Shown here: piece by piece, positions 1 to 12,840 of the stretch
Numbering within the stretch: position 1 is the first letter of the stretch
Layout: every line of letters starts with the position of its first letter
Assembly (NCBI GenBank): GCA_964016885.1
Contig: OZ024740.1
Location: forward strand, 194,928,001 to 194,992,000
DNA: 64,000 bases
Direction: 5' to 3'
DNA from: Eledone cirrhosa
Taxonomy: Eukaryota
Program-made: the position numbers and the translations under genes
The notes under the pieces: model-generated
Databases searched by the model: none
What the model was told of the DNA's origin: nothing
What the model saw: the letters and a program-made list of their open reading frames with translations, nothing else

Positions 1-291
1 TCCCATCTTTTAAGGGTTCTCACCCTATTCCTTAAGCTATTTTATAGTGTCTCCATGCACGAGTATATCATTCTTTATATTCACGCTCAGAGTTGATGAA
101 GCATGGAACAAACTACCTACATCAGTTGTTAGCTGTCAGGATACTGCATCCTTCAAACTTCAATTGCTTCCCAAAATTCCCCAACACTACACCTGATATT
201 CTCCCTCCATACACAACGCATGCATATGTGTGTCTGTGTGTATCATGACTCATACACTGTTTGCTTTCCTGACATTTGTACATAATTCTAT

Positions 292-483
292 GTACAGCAC
301 ACATTGTAAATGTGGTTGATGTTAGGAAGGGCATCCAGCCATACAAAACCAACCTGAAACAGTCCTATATGAGCAAGACATGTTCACCCGACCCAACTTG
401 TCTCATATGGGACAAACCCGTCTAACCCATGCTATCGTGGAAGATAGCTGTTAAACGATAATCATGATGATGATGATGATGAT
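292..483 (+). mobile_element. Bipartite RTE-derived non-autonomous element (Ceph-domain-like module + RTE-type 3' end, (ATG)n tail)
   Basis: GTTAGGAAGGGCATCCAGCC module matches the 5'UTR of the RTE at 31440-31530; ends in AACCCATGCT...TAAACGAT(GAT)n. Confidence 0.65.
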
Positions 484-1019
484 ATACATGCACCTTTGAT
501 GAGTTATAGTGCACCTGAGCACTGTACACAATAATTTTCATTATCATTATGATAACTTCATTTTCTCAGCACTTTGTAAGAGTACATGAGATCAGCTACA
601 ATCTTTATTCTTGTTATATTTATGAAATATTTATTACCATTACTTTCCAAATTTTAATTTTTGACAATAAATTCCGAAGGTCATGCACTTTTAATGTAGT
701 GATTTACACATATGTAGCCTGGTTGTAATTTGTGGAAACACTAGGTTGTATAAGCCCATATCTTACTCCTTTCTCAATGACTGCTCATGACAACACGGTG
801 TATATAATTTAACAACACATTTCTTCTAGAACATGAATTGATTTCCAAGGAAAACATATTCAATACATATTTCATATGTCATTTTGTATTATCACTCTGA
901 AAGTGAGATATTCACTAAATTTTACACAAAGAGAGAAATATCCTCATTATATTTTCAAAATGTATATTCATATTCATATTATTATTATTATATGTATGTA
1001 CTAGCCTTAATCACACAGC

Positions 1020-1083
<64 letters not shown>

Positions 1084-1369
1084 GAGAGAGAGAGAGAAAG
1101 AGAGAGACATATGTATGGCTGTGTGATTAAGGCTAGTACTCAATGTGTGTTTAAGTATAGTATTTAGCAAAATCCCAGCAGAGACACCAGTCTGTTTTGG
1201 TTAGCCTGCAAGCTAGCTGAAACAGAATGGGCCCGACTTTGAGATATTACAAATTGCTTGCGCCTAATACCTCCAGGCTATCGGAGGTCAACTCTCCCTG
1301 CCTACTCATCATTCTATCAAATTTCACCACACCTGCCATGCAGCCATAATATCCCTTTATATAGCAGAA

Positions 1370-2165
1370 AGGACTCTGCAAGTGACACAATAACCAACAA
1401 CTTTTCCAGTGCAGGTGTCATGAAAATGCAGCCAGCACATGCTGTAAGGTGGTTGAAGATAGGAAGATCACCCCACCGTAGAAACTATGCCACAAAAGGT
1501 CAAGAAGACATTTCAGTTTTGTCAAGAACACAATAACCTCTCTAGTGTTGTTGATCTAGATGATAAATGCACCCAGTACATGCTGTGAAGTGTTTGGTCA
1601 CAGGAAGGGCATCCACTCATAGGAAGCTTTCCAAACATAGGGTTCGGAAGATGTATTAGTGATCTACATGATAAATGCACCCAGTACACTCTGTAAAGTG
1701 GCTGGTGATAGAAAGGGCATCCAGCCATAGTAAACCGGCAAGCAAAATGTCAGGAGGACTCTTTTGTTGTGTCAAAGACATAAGACCCTCCCTATTAGTG
1801 GCATCACAATAAAACGTACTTAGTAAAGTGTAGGATTGTATGTAAGTGAGATGCAGGCCTCCAACCTATCTGAGAGGTCAGTGGCCCTTACGCAGTATAG
1901 ATTTGGTTTTTGAAGACACATCCAACCCATGGATGTTAAATGATATATATATATACATATATATATAGGCATCACGACAAAAATCACCCAGTACTCACTG
2001 TAAATGAGGTAGGCATAAGGAAGGGCATCCAGCTGTAGAAACCAAGACAAAATCAGTTCTGTATGAGTGAGACATGGTCACCTGACCTACCGTTGCCCAC
2101 AACAGGATAACTCATCTAACGCATGCTAGTGTAGAAAATGGATGTAAAACAGTGATGATGATGAT
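1370..2165 (+). mobile_element. Decayed tandem Ceph-domain-like modules ending in an RTE-type tail
   Basis: Repeated AATGCACCCAGTACA..CTGTAAAGTGG..GGAAGGGCATCCA units at about 1430, 1570, 1680 and 1990; (ATG)n tail at about 2155. Confidence 0.5.
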
Positions 2166-3018
2166 ATACATATATATATATATATACATACACACACTGA
2201 TAGATACATATAGAGCGAGATGAATAGTGCTTGATCTTCCCTCACAGACAGACTCACACACATATGCACCTCCACCTACATAGCAAAATTCTAATATATT
2301 ATTATCCTTATTATTATTTACGCACACAACAAACTGGCCTACTAATGGTAGCTTTCTGACTATTTTCCATGACAGAAAAAATCTAGATTTATTACATTTT
2401 ATTGGCAAATATGTGCAAATAAATGATGAGATTTAGCTTGTAAATGCTAATACGAAAAAGAAGATTTTGTGTCTGTAGGTCTATCTCAGTTTGGTTTGTT
2501 TCTTTTCTCTTTCAACAGAGCCAGTTTCTTTTTATATTTTACAATGCTTATATATATGTTTATTTGAATGAGTGTGCGCAAGCGTGTGGAAAGCTGCATT
2601 ATATATTATTTTGTTGGCACATATTGTTGTCAGAAGCTGTATATATATATGTGCGTGTGTTGTGTGAGAATTAGAAATTTTATATCTCCTGTCTTACTGA
2701 TATATATATATATATATATGCATATATGTATATATACACATACACTCACGTTTGTCTGTGTGTATGTGCGTGTCTGTGCATATTTCTCCCTTTTCCCTTA
2801 CTCAACACCTTTCTCATATATATATATATATAAGTATATAAGTACAGAGATAGATAGATAAATACATAGACAGATAACATAGATAGGTAGATAGATAGAC
2901 ATAGATATATATATTATACACATATGCACAAAAAATGCAAAACAAATGCAGAAATACATACATGCACAGTGGAACTACTTTTAACTAAAATCACATAAGA
3001 TTGAGTATTCAGTTGGGA

Positions 3019-3097
<79 letters not shown>

Positions 3098-3129
3098 GAC
3101 ATATATATATATATATATATATTATGCAT

Positions 3130-3420
3130 CAGCCAGCTCCTGGGGAGCTGTTCATTCTCAACAATGCAAACATAAGTTCAATAAAGGAAATGATTATGCT
3201 TAGTCGTCTCAAATGATCAAGAGATCTTGTTTCTCTTTCTGATAGCCGCATTCCTAAACAACTTTTTGACATGGAACTAAATCTAGGAGAAAGACCAGAC
3301 AATAAACCAAAGAAATGATACAAAGATTCCTTAAAAGAAACATTGAAGAAAGTTAAAATACATTTTAACAACTGGGAAGAGGAATATCAGGATAAGATAG
3401 GTTGAAAAGCAGAGAATGGA
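3130..3420 (+). pseudogene. Decayed RTE (BovB-like) LINE C-terminal fragment
   Basis: Manual translation DSRIPKQLFDMELNLGERPDNKPKK*YKDSLKETLKKVKI resembles the RTE post-RT region. Confidence 0.55.
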
Positions 3421-3899
3421 TAATTTTGAGGAGGAATCTGATAGATATGCTAAACTCAAAAGGGCTGCACAAAAACAGGATATATCCTGTTGAAATATAT
3501 CCTTGTTGAAAATAATAATCCTAGATTTTTCTTTTATTCACATAGTAATCATGTATTCCTAACAAATGATGGTCTGAAATCCCATTTGAGGTCACACAAT
3601 ATAAACTAATTTGCATATAAGTTGAACACAGACTTTAGATGTTAGGTTGCCACAAAAGGTACAAGTGATTTGGTGGCCTTATGAAACATTATAAAATCCA
3701 CATTCCCTCTAGATGCAACAGCAAAACTTTTTCAAAAAACATTTTGCACTATATCTGAACTAAAAAAAACATTTCTACATTACGGTAGAAAACATTCTAC
3801 TTGAAAATAAATTTTTAAAATGCACAATTAGGATGTGTTTTGCTCATTCAATGAGTGACATCCAATATGTATACGTACATACATACATACATACATACA

Positions 3900-3995
<96 letters not shown>

Positions 3996-4001
3996 TAGAT
4001 A

Positions 4002-4303
4002 GAGGCACATGGCTTAGTGGTTAGAGCATTGGCCTTGCAATCGAAAGGTTGTGAGTTCAATTCTCAGACCGGGTGATGTGTTGTTTCCTTGAGCAAGATA
4101 CCTTATTTCACATTGCTCCAGTTTACTCAGCTGCAAAGTGGTCGTGTAGGTGCCACGGCAAAAAAAGCACCCAACACTCACTGTAAATGAGGTTGGTGTT
4201 AGGAAGGGCATCCAGCTGTAGAAATCAAGCCAGAATCAGTTCCCGTCCCACCCTTGCAAGCAGGGAAAAGCGGACATAAAATGAAATGATGAAAATGAAA
4301 TGA
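4002..4303 (+). mobile_element. tRNA-headed SINE family A (RTE-type tail)
   Basis: A box TGGCTTAGTGG, B box GAGTTCAATTC, Ceph-like body, 3' end nearly identical to the RTE 3' end at 28333-28370; flanked by (TA)n. Confidence 0.9.
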
Positions 4304-4330
4304 TATATATACATACATATATATATATAT

Positions 4331-5052
4331 ATAATATAATATATATGCAGTAAGAAACACAGTAAACCGTGTGTCTTATATTACAAGGGTTGAAAAACCA
4401 CATTTGTTTGAAATATTTAACCAATTTCATCTTTCTGTGTGAACGTTGGTACATAGTGTTTGTTGCATTTAATCAGATTCTCTCGCTGATGATGATATAT
4501 ATTATATTATTAATCGGCTCAGTATTTTATACTTGGAGCTTAATAGTTACAGGGTTTCAATTGGAGTTTTAACTCTAATTTTCATTTATATTTCTGCTCC
4601 CTCACAAGTCGAGCTTATTAAGTTGTGTGTTGGACTGTTGTTTCTGTTCAATACACGCTTACCATGTTTGACTAGCGGCGCACGAGGTGATAAATTTCAT
4701 CTTTCTGTGTGAACGTTGGTACATAGTGTTTGTTGCATTTAATCAGATTCTCTCGCTGATGATGCCTAAGGATTATCTGTTACAAACACACTCAGGGCGA
4801 AACAGATTAGGGATAATCTGTCCGAGAGATAAAATGGTTATTGAGGCGGTTTGTATAATAATATATTTTTATTTTATCATTCTGTCTGCTTCTTGGTTAA
4901 ATATTTTTCAAACAAATGTGGTTTTTCAACCCTTGTAATCTAAGACACACGGTTTACTGTGTTTCTTACTATTATATTATTAATCGGCTCAGTATTTTAT
5001 ACTTGGAGCTTAATAGTTACAGGGTTCAATTGGAGTTTTAACTCTAATTTTC

Positions 5053-5059
<7 letters not shown>
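4331..5059. mobile_element. Penelope-like pseudo-LTR rearrangement (direct + inverted repeats) with degenerate hammerhead
   Basis: 4349-4424 is the reverse complement of 4893-4970; about 4423-4492 repeats at 4693-4764 and about 4500-4590 at 4970-5059; CTGATGA...GCC..GGGC-GAAAC at about 4756-4803. Confidence 0.6.
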
Positions 5060-5103
<44 letters not shown>

Positions 5104-5177
5104 CATATACAGAATGGAGGCAGTAAAAACCAGTTAGACCATTACTCACCAGAGTACTCGATACTAGTAGAGTAGGT

Positions 5178-5287
5178 TATATGAAAAATTCAGGACCACA
5201 ATGGGGGAGCTCCAGCTGTTTCAACCCCTAGATCTGGCTGTCGAAATGACTGGAGCTCAGCTGTCGGGGTCCCAATTTTTTCATATA
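5178..5287. repeat. Imperfect hairpin (~110 nt) next to a pLTR-like tail
   Basis: TATATGAAAAATT..GAGCTCCAG / CTGGAGCTC..AATTTTTTCATATA; adjacent 5125-5180 is reverse-similar to about 40065-40125. Confidence 0.55.
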
Positions 5288-5490
5288 TACATATATGTAT
5301 ACACACAAGTATAAATGAATATAATACACACACACACAAGCACATGCACACATATATATACTGAATTTGTTATACATCAAAGCCAAATATTCTATGTTCG
5401 GACTTTTGCCTTTTTATTGTAGGGCCTGAAAATAAATGAAATACCTATATACACACACACATATATATATGTATATATATATATATATAT

Positions 5491-5790
5491 ATCATCATCG
5501 TCATCATCATCACCGTTTTACGTCCGTTCTTCCACGCTAGCATGGGTTAGATGGGTTGTCCTGTTGTGGGCAGTGTCTGGTTGGCTGACCATGCTTGCTC
5601 ATACAGGAACTGATTTGGCTTGATTTCTACAGCTGGATGCCCTTCTTAACACCAACCTCATTTACAGTGAGTGCTGGGTGCTTTTTCGTGGCACCTACAC
5701 GTCCACTTTACAGTGTGGGCTGGGTGCTTTTTTGCCATGGCACCTCCACGACCACCTTGCAGTGAGGGGTGTGGGGGCATATTGTCTATA
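5491..5790 (-). mobile_element. Bipartite RTE-derived non-autonomous element, no tRNA head
   Basis: Near reverse complement of 47250-47555; duplicated AAAAGCACCCAGC..CTGTAAA modules; (ATG)n tail. Confidence 0.8.
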
Positions 5791-5856
5791 TGCTTCAGCT
5801 TGTACCCAAGGGAGCTCGGGTACTCTGTTTTACTGCATGATGCCAGAGGTGTAATT

Positions 5857-6454
5857 GGGTAAGGTCGGCTTTTAACACCTCATCCCAGGCCATCTTGGGT
5901 CTCCCCACTCCGTGGTTTCCATCAACTTCTAGTGCTCTACACCTTTTTATGCAACTGTCATCCTTCATACGCATCACATGTCCATACCAACGCAACCGCC
6001 TCTCCTGCACACAGCATTTGATTCCTCTTATGCTCAGTCTCTCTCTCAATTCATGTATGCTTTGTCGGTTGCGTATATTACTATTACACATCCATTGGAG
6101 CATGCAGGCTTTGTTTCGTTCTGAGGGAGAAGCCTTTTGCAGCTAGCAGTGGTAGTAGTTCCCTAAACTTCTTCCATCCCGTTCTTACCCTAGTTATTGT
6201 ACTTTCTGAACACCCACCTCCGCTGCTAATTGGGTCACCTAGGTAGCAGAAGCTGTTTACTGTTTCTACAGAGCCCTCCCAGAGATTGGTGGTAATTGTT
6301 TCCTGTGGCTGTTTGCTGCTTGCTGTCCCAGCACAGCTGCTGCATGTGAAGCCTACATTCTTAATTAAGCTTCCTGAGATCCCGCTACATCTCTTGTGTA
6401 CCCATTGTTTGCATTTGGGGCAGAGAATGGAGTTCCTACCTACACCTTTCCTAC

Positions 6455-6458
<4 letters not shown>
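5857..6458 (-). pseudogene. RTE LINE 3' fragment with internal deletion
   Basis: ORFs 6084-6581 and 5795-6103 give CKQWVHKRCSG, RTGWKKFRELLPLL and ERRLRWYGHV, homologous to the 28333-31395 protein. Confidence 0.85.
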
Positions 6459-6491
<33 letters not shown>

Positions 6492-6743
6492 CTCAGAGTG
6501 CTGCTGTATTCTGTCACTGAATGCAGGAGTTGAGGTCTCATTAGCCAATAAAATAACACCATCTGTGTTTTGGACCCTCAAACTATTACAGAGCTACTCA
6601 GTTCATGCCCATGTAGGTGATGAATAGCACAAAATTTCATCAGTCAGAATTTGTGACTCCAAGCTTGATGTTTCCATCTACCTCAGTACAACAGAACAGC
6701 ACAAATTAGATGAACTTGATATGACTCCAAGTGAGATCTCTCC

Positions 6744-6921
6744 ATCATCCTCATCATCATCATTTTACGTCCACTTTTCCCTGCTTACAAGGGTGGGATG
6801 GGTCCTATTCAGCACAGCATCTCTCCATTTGTCACGGTCCTTCGTCATCTCCTCCGTGAGCTTCAGCGATCTGAGGTCTGCTCTCACCACCTCTGCCCAT
6901 GTTTTTCGTGGTCTTCCTCTA
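6744..6921 (-). mobile_element. 5'-truncated copy of the RTE LINE 3' end
   Basis: Highly similar to 28310-28490, with (ATG)n tail. Confidence 0.85.
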
Positions 6922-9240
6922 CTGGGATTTCTTGGCACTTCTTTACCCAGTGGTCATATTTCATATAAACAACCACAGTCATATAACCTGATTATATACA
7001 TTGCACATGTAAAGTCAGAAACAGACCTGGAAACAAGATGGACTCTGCTAAAGGTTTCCAAGTGCCATAGCTGGTGTGTTGAGTTGCATAATCTTTAGCA
7101 TGCTGAATTATTTTATGAATTGCTTCCCTTGACACTGTATTATGTATTAAGGGGAGATTACTCTATTGGCAACATAAGGCATCTAAAGCATGCTGAAGGT
7201 TAAGAGAAATAACTCAAGAAAGAGATGAACCTCTGTTGCAGATTCAGACCTGCCGTGGTTCTGTAACTTTACTATGATAGAGCAACCTGCTTTATGGAGG
7301 GACAGGAAATCAATGAGAAAACACAGATGGTAAGCTTTGAGAAATGCATTTCAGCAGAAGCACTGCAACTAACCAAACTAACAAAGAAGCATGTTTATTC
7401 AGAGTAAAGCAAGCATTCATGTATGCAATGAAAATCTCCACCAGAACAAGGAAAATGATAAATGTTGGGGGTGGAGGAGATAGGCCTTTCTTGGTGTATC
7501 TGTGTGTGTGCATGAGAGTGTATGCGCATGTGTATCTGTGTAAGAGTGTGTGTATAAATGTGTATCTTAGTGTATGGGAATATGAGTCAGCAACTGTATG
7601 TGAATTTGTCTTTAATATTCCTTGTATATGTGACATTCTCCATATGATTATGTATGAAAAAGTGAGTAAGCGATTATGCAAGAGAGAGAGAGAGAGAAAT
7701 ACAGAGAGAGTATGTGTGTGTTTTAGTATATATCTTACTGTTGTAAGTAGTATATGTTTTAATACACATATCTATATATATACATATCTACATACACATA
7801 TCTATGTGTTTCTGACTTCACATTAAATGTGTGTTATGTAATTATATGTATGTGTTCAGATGTGTGTGCTTTTTTATAGCTCAGTTAAAGTGGAAAATAA
7901 TCACTTTGAAACAAACGGTTTGTCTATCATCATCATCATCATCATCATTTAACATCTACTTTCCCTGCTAGCAAGGGTTGGACAGGTCTACATAGACAAA
8001 GTCATTATTGAAACAGAGCTACTGACCTCCTAGACTCATAAGGGGTATACATCTTGCTTATGTATGGTCTCACATTCTACTGAGTGCAGAAATGCTGTGT
8101 CTTTTGACACAAACTGAAGGAAGGATCCTCTCAACCCTTTGTTTGCCAAGCTTTCTATGACTGGATACAGAATTTAAATTTAACATTTGAAATTAAACTC
8201 AGTTAAATTGGATTGCCAGATATTTTGTCACTTGTAAAAAATGAATTTTGTTAATATAGATAAATGAAGATGTTTGCAAAATTGATGTAATTTGCCCACC
8301 TTATATCACAAAAAGAAAACATAAATAAATGAGTAGCCAATCAAAAGCTAACAAATATTTCTTTCTATCATAATTTTATGAAAAGTTAAGCTGGTAGTTG
8401 GAGCATAACTTGTATTTGGAGCATGAGACTCGGTTTTCTGATTCTGATGATGATACACACATGTACCTATATATGCACAAATATAAACATATGCAAACAT
8501 ACTTACACTTATATATGTATGTGTGTGTTTGTGTGTGAGTGTGTATATGTATCATCATCATAATCTTTTAATGTTGACTTTTCGTTGTTAGCATGGGTTG
8601 AATGGGTTGTCACAGAACAATTCAGTACTTAACTGGAGCTTCTGACCTCACAACTCATTTACATATGTTCAGGGCTCGCAACTCATTTACACATGTTCTA
8701 GCACTTTACTTCACTGGATGCATTTTATCATGGTATTTCCACCAAGAGAGATTATCATGACTTTAACACAACTGAAGTGTTTTTTCCACCCTTTATTTTG
8801 CCTGGTTTCTATGGATGGATGCCTTTTCTAATACCAACCACTTCACAGAGTGTATTGGATGCATTTTTCATGGTACCAGTACTATACAAGTTTTCATGTC
8901 CATGACATTGCTGAAGATATCTCCCAACCCTTTTAGCATAGTTTCTATGGTTTGATACCTTTTCTAACATCAACCATTCTACAGAGTATCCTGGATGCAT
9001 TGTTATGCTCCAAATACCAGAATGCACATAAATATTGGTACATGTGTGTATCATGGTCATCATGAAGGTCTAAAACTAGATGGACGAGAAAACAACATCT
9101 GTCTCATATGTTCCATGTTTTGGCATGGTTTGTATGGTTCAATACTCTTCCTAACACCAAGCCAAGAGGGCTTGGGAAGTCTTCAACAGAGGTATGTATG
9201 TATATATGTATGTATGTAAGTATGTATATATATATATATG

Positions 9241-9650
9241 TGTCAGGTCACCAGTTGGTGCTCCTGGTAACATGTATCCAAGTACAACCTGTCTCATGGT
9301 CGGGTCGATGGCGACTAAACTGGCAACCCCACCAAGGTTTCTTGGTGAGGAGGGTGACTTTGGACATCTTGCAGGACTAAAAACAAAACCTGTCAAAGGG
9401 CAAAGGAGCTCTTAAGAGTCAATGGCCATCCAAAATCACCAGGAGAGATGACCCCTTAGCCTTTGTCAAGGCAGAATTCTAGGAGAAGGAAAACTCTGAT
9501 ATAACACCTGCAACCCTGATGGTATCCACTGATGTTGACTTGTTCTTCTTTTTGGTAAATATCATCTTGGTTAAGAGAGTGGGACTGGCTTTGTGCAGTG
9601 CCTTTGCTCACTATAAAAGCTTCACAGCACAGGCATTGCTTTATATCTGG
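9241..9650 (+). mobile_element. Non-autonomous repeat family B (probably RTE 5'UTR-derived)
   Basis: Reverse-similar to 48750-48980 and 49110-49310 (GGCGACTAAACTGGCAACCCCACCAAG; CTAGGAGAAGG). Confidence 0.55.
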
Positions 9651-9844
9651 AGATCTCTCTGCACTTGTCACATGGTACCATGGACCCAGCACTTTGTGTC
9701 AATAATTGTCACAAGTGTAGTGTTTGTACCAGAGTTTTCAAGTCGTTGGCTGGACTAAAAAGTCACACTCGTTCAGCGCATCGGTAGGGGTTCTCCTACA
9801 TGGATATAAAGTAGTGGCCGTACTCGAAAACGAGTTGGCAGCAA

Positions 9845-9903
<59 letters not shown>

Positions 9904-10808
9904 AACATATGTCCAGTAGAGTGTAAAGTGACTGGAGTTAAGAAGGGTCTCCAAAGAAAACAATGTCAAACAAAAGGCCATGAGGAATCTTAGTTGTGTC
10001 ACGGACATGACGACCTCCTTAGTGCTGGAGCTACAATAAAATGCATGCAGTTTACTGTGTAAAGTAGTTGCTGATAAGAAAGAGATCCAGTAGTAACCAT
10101 GCCAAATTCTGCATGACTTCCTATTGAATTCCATTGTAATAAGCTTTTTCTCTAATGCTGAATAATTTTTCAAATATCAACCAAAAGAAGAGCATGCATA
10201 TCTTTAAACATACATACAAATATGCAAACTTACATACATACAAACAATCATACATACATATCAAATGTATACATATATAACTAAATGAAATAAAATAAAT
10301 ATGCGCATACATACATATACATATAAATATGCATACCTGCATAGAAGTATGCATACATACATGCACATTATTGCACACACATACACACATGCCTATATAT
10401 ATATATATATACACACATGATTACAAACACACAACCATATGTACGTACACACACACACATACATACATACTTATTTTCCTACATATATGATGAGCAATTG
10501 CTGATGTTGCCAAGGTAACGGACAAATAAGAAAAGGTGTAAGTTAGGTATTAAAACTGGAGGATATGGTTTTTAGTTATAAACACGGCTTATCAACAGTA
10601 GACTGGCCAGGATGTTAAATCACAATAAAAGTACTGCGAATGGAATTTATCAGCAAATATAAAAATTGGGCAACATTTATGCTGAAGATAAAACTTTTTT
10701 ACAAAGGTAAGTGGGGAGAGATAGAAGTAGCAGTGTGAATGACAACAAAGTTTAACCAGTCTGTGAATTTGTAGATTAATTTCTTACGGGCAAATATTAT
10801 AAAAGAAA

Positions 10809-10859
<51 letters not shown>

Positions 10860-10861
<2 letters not shown>

Positions 10862-11880
10862 GTTTCTACTTTAGGCACAAGGCCAGCAATTACCCAGTGC
10901 ATTACTGGTACTTTATTTTATCAACCCCGTAAGGATGAAAGGCAAAGTCAACCTCGGCGGGATTTAAACTCAGATCATAAAGGGACGTAACTATGCTGGA
11001 AAGCATGGCATCCGACCCTCTACCGATACTGCCAATCCTATAATGCTTTGTGGTGTTGTGCCCTGTTGTATTCTGAATTTGAAACTCACCAACGTCGAGT
11101 TTCATCCTTCATAGTTGATAAACTAAGGACCAGCTATGTTCTGCAGAAGATTTGTTAATAATGGTTTCTGATTTAAGCACAAGGCAAGCAATTTCAGAAG
11201 AGGGTCAAAATTGATTAAATTGACCTGAGTGTTACTGGTACTTTATTTCATCGACACCATAAGGATGAAAGGCAAAGCTAACCTCAGTGGGATTTGAACT
11301 CAGAATGTAAAGCGATGTAACTATATACTGCAATACAAGTTGTCCAGTGCTCAATAATAATAATTCTTTCTGCTTTTGGCACAAGACCAGCAATTTGAAA
11401 GGGGGAGGAAAGTTGATTAAATCAACCCCAGTATGCTACTGGTGCTTAAGGATGAAAGGCAAAGCTAACTTCAGTGGGATTTGATTTCAGAATATAAAGG
11501 GCCATAACTTTTTGTGTCCTATATTCACATCTTGCTATGGTTAGCTTTGCCTTTCACCCTTGCAGGGTCAATAAAATAGATCACCAGTAACGCACTGGGG
11601 TTGATTTAATCGACTTTCCCTTTCCCTTCAAATTGCTGGCCTTGTGCCGAAAATAAAACAATTATCATTATTATAAATTATTATTATTATTATGGTGGAT
11701 TGGCAGTATTGGTAGAGGGTCAGACGCCATGCTTTGCAGCACAGTTACGTCCCTTTACGAACTGAGTTCAAATCCCGCCGAGGTTAACTTTGCCTTTCAT
11801 CCTTACAGAGTCGATAAAATAAAGTACCAGTAATGTACTGGGATAATTGCTGGCCTTGTGCCAAAAGTAGAAACAATTAT
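10860..11880. mobile_element. Cluster of SINE family C copies (Nin/Deu-like core) in both orientations
   Basis: Minus copies at about 10860-11040, 11170-11350 and 11370-11500; plus copies at about 11540-11660 and 11692-11880; core GCCTTTCATCCTTACGGGGTCGATAAAATAAAGTACCAG. Confidence 0.8.
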
Positions 11881-12149
11881 TATTATTATTTTCTATAAGT
11901 TATATTTTTATTGTGTGTTGTCACTCCACTACTGAGCACAATTTTGTACATCATAGATATGTGCAGTGTGTGGTTTTGATTTTATATTTTATATTGTGTT
12001 GCCAGTAATCTATGTAGTATGTATACAGTAACAGTTCTATACTTCTATAGTGTGAACATTTATAAGCTCTGATGTTTGGATTATATATTTGTCTGCATGA
12101 TTTTGTGCATTCTCATATTATAGCAATTGTTTCATTTTCAGTCACCACA

Positions 12150-12840
12150 TTCAGGTTATCTCTGTTTCTATATCTTTATATTTGAATATTTCTTTTTCTT
12201 TGTGACTTACATTATCATTTATTGGGGTATCTTTTTCATGTGGTATTTGATAACAATATCTGGTCAGTTAGCCATGATCTCCTTGCCTGTGTATATTAGT
12301 ATATCCCAGAATATAGATGCTTTGCCATTCTCTGGGACCCTTTCTGGTGTATGTTTGTACTACCTCTTTCTGTTGGTATTTTGTAATGCTGACAAAACTT
12401 CTAGTAGATGTAAATCTTAACTGTCATAACTCTGTATATATTTTTTCTTGGCTATGACTGGGCAGCCACAGACAATGTAATTACTTATTTCTTCCTCATC
12501 TTCACATATTCTGCAGTTACTTAATATTTTATACTTCATTACATGCTTTTGGAGATTTCTGGTAAAGATTTGATCCTATGCTACAATGAACATAACTTCA
12601 GTCTCAACTTTGAGTCTTCCACTTCATAGTGTTGTGATTTTTCTTTGTCTAGTTTCACCCTATTCTCTTTTTCCAGGTATTGGAGACGAGGAGGTTTCTC
12701 TTGCAATCATTTTTGTATGGCATAATGTAGTCCTATTTTTAGTTTTTTCTTGTTTCATCTTTACATTTTGCCAGATATTTTTTCAGTCCTACTGTAGATA
12801 ATAATAATTTTTCAGTTGCATACTTCCCTGCATTCATAGT
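12150..12840 (-). pseudogene. Decayed R4/Dong-like non-LTR retrotransposon 3' fragment (REL endonuclease)
   Basis: Manual translation NCRICEDEEEISNYIVCGC (zinc knuckle) and IFWDILIYTGKEIMAN*PDIVIK (RPD nuclease motif). Confidence 0.7.

Noticed and set aside
4005-4075. tRNA gene
   Set aside because: A/B boxes are present but no full cloverleaf; it continues into a SINE body and recurs in several copies
9241-9345. HDV-like ribozyme at the 5' end of repeat family B
   Set aside because: Could not build the nested double pseudoknot by eye; needs a descriptor search
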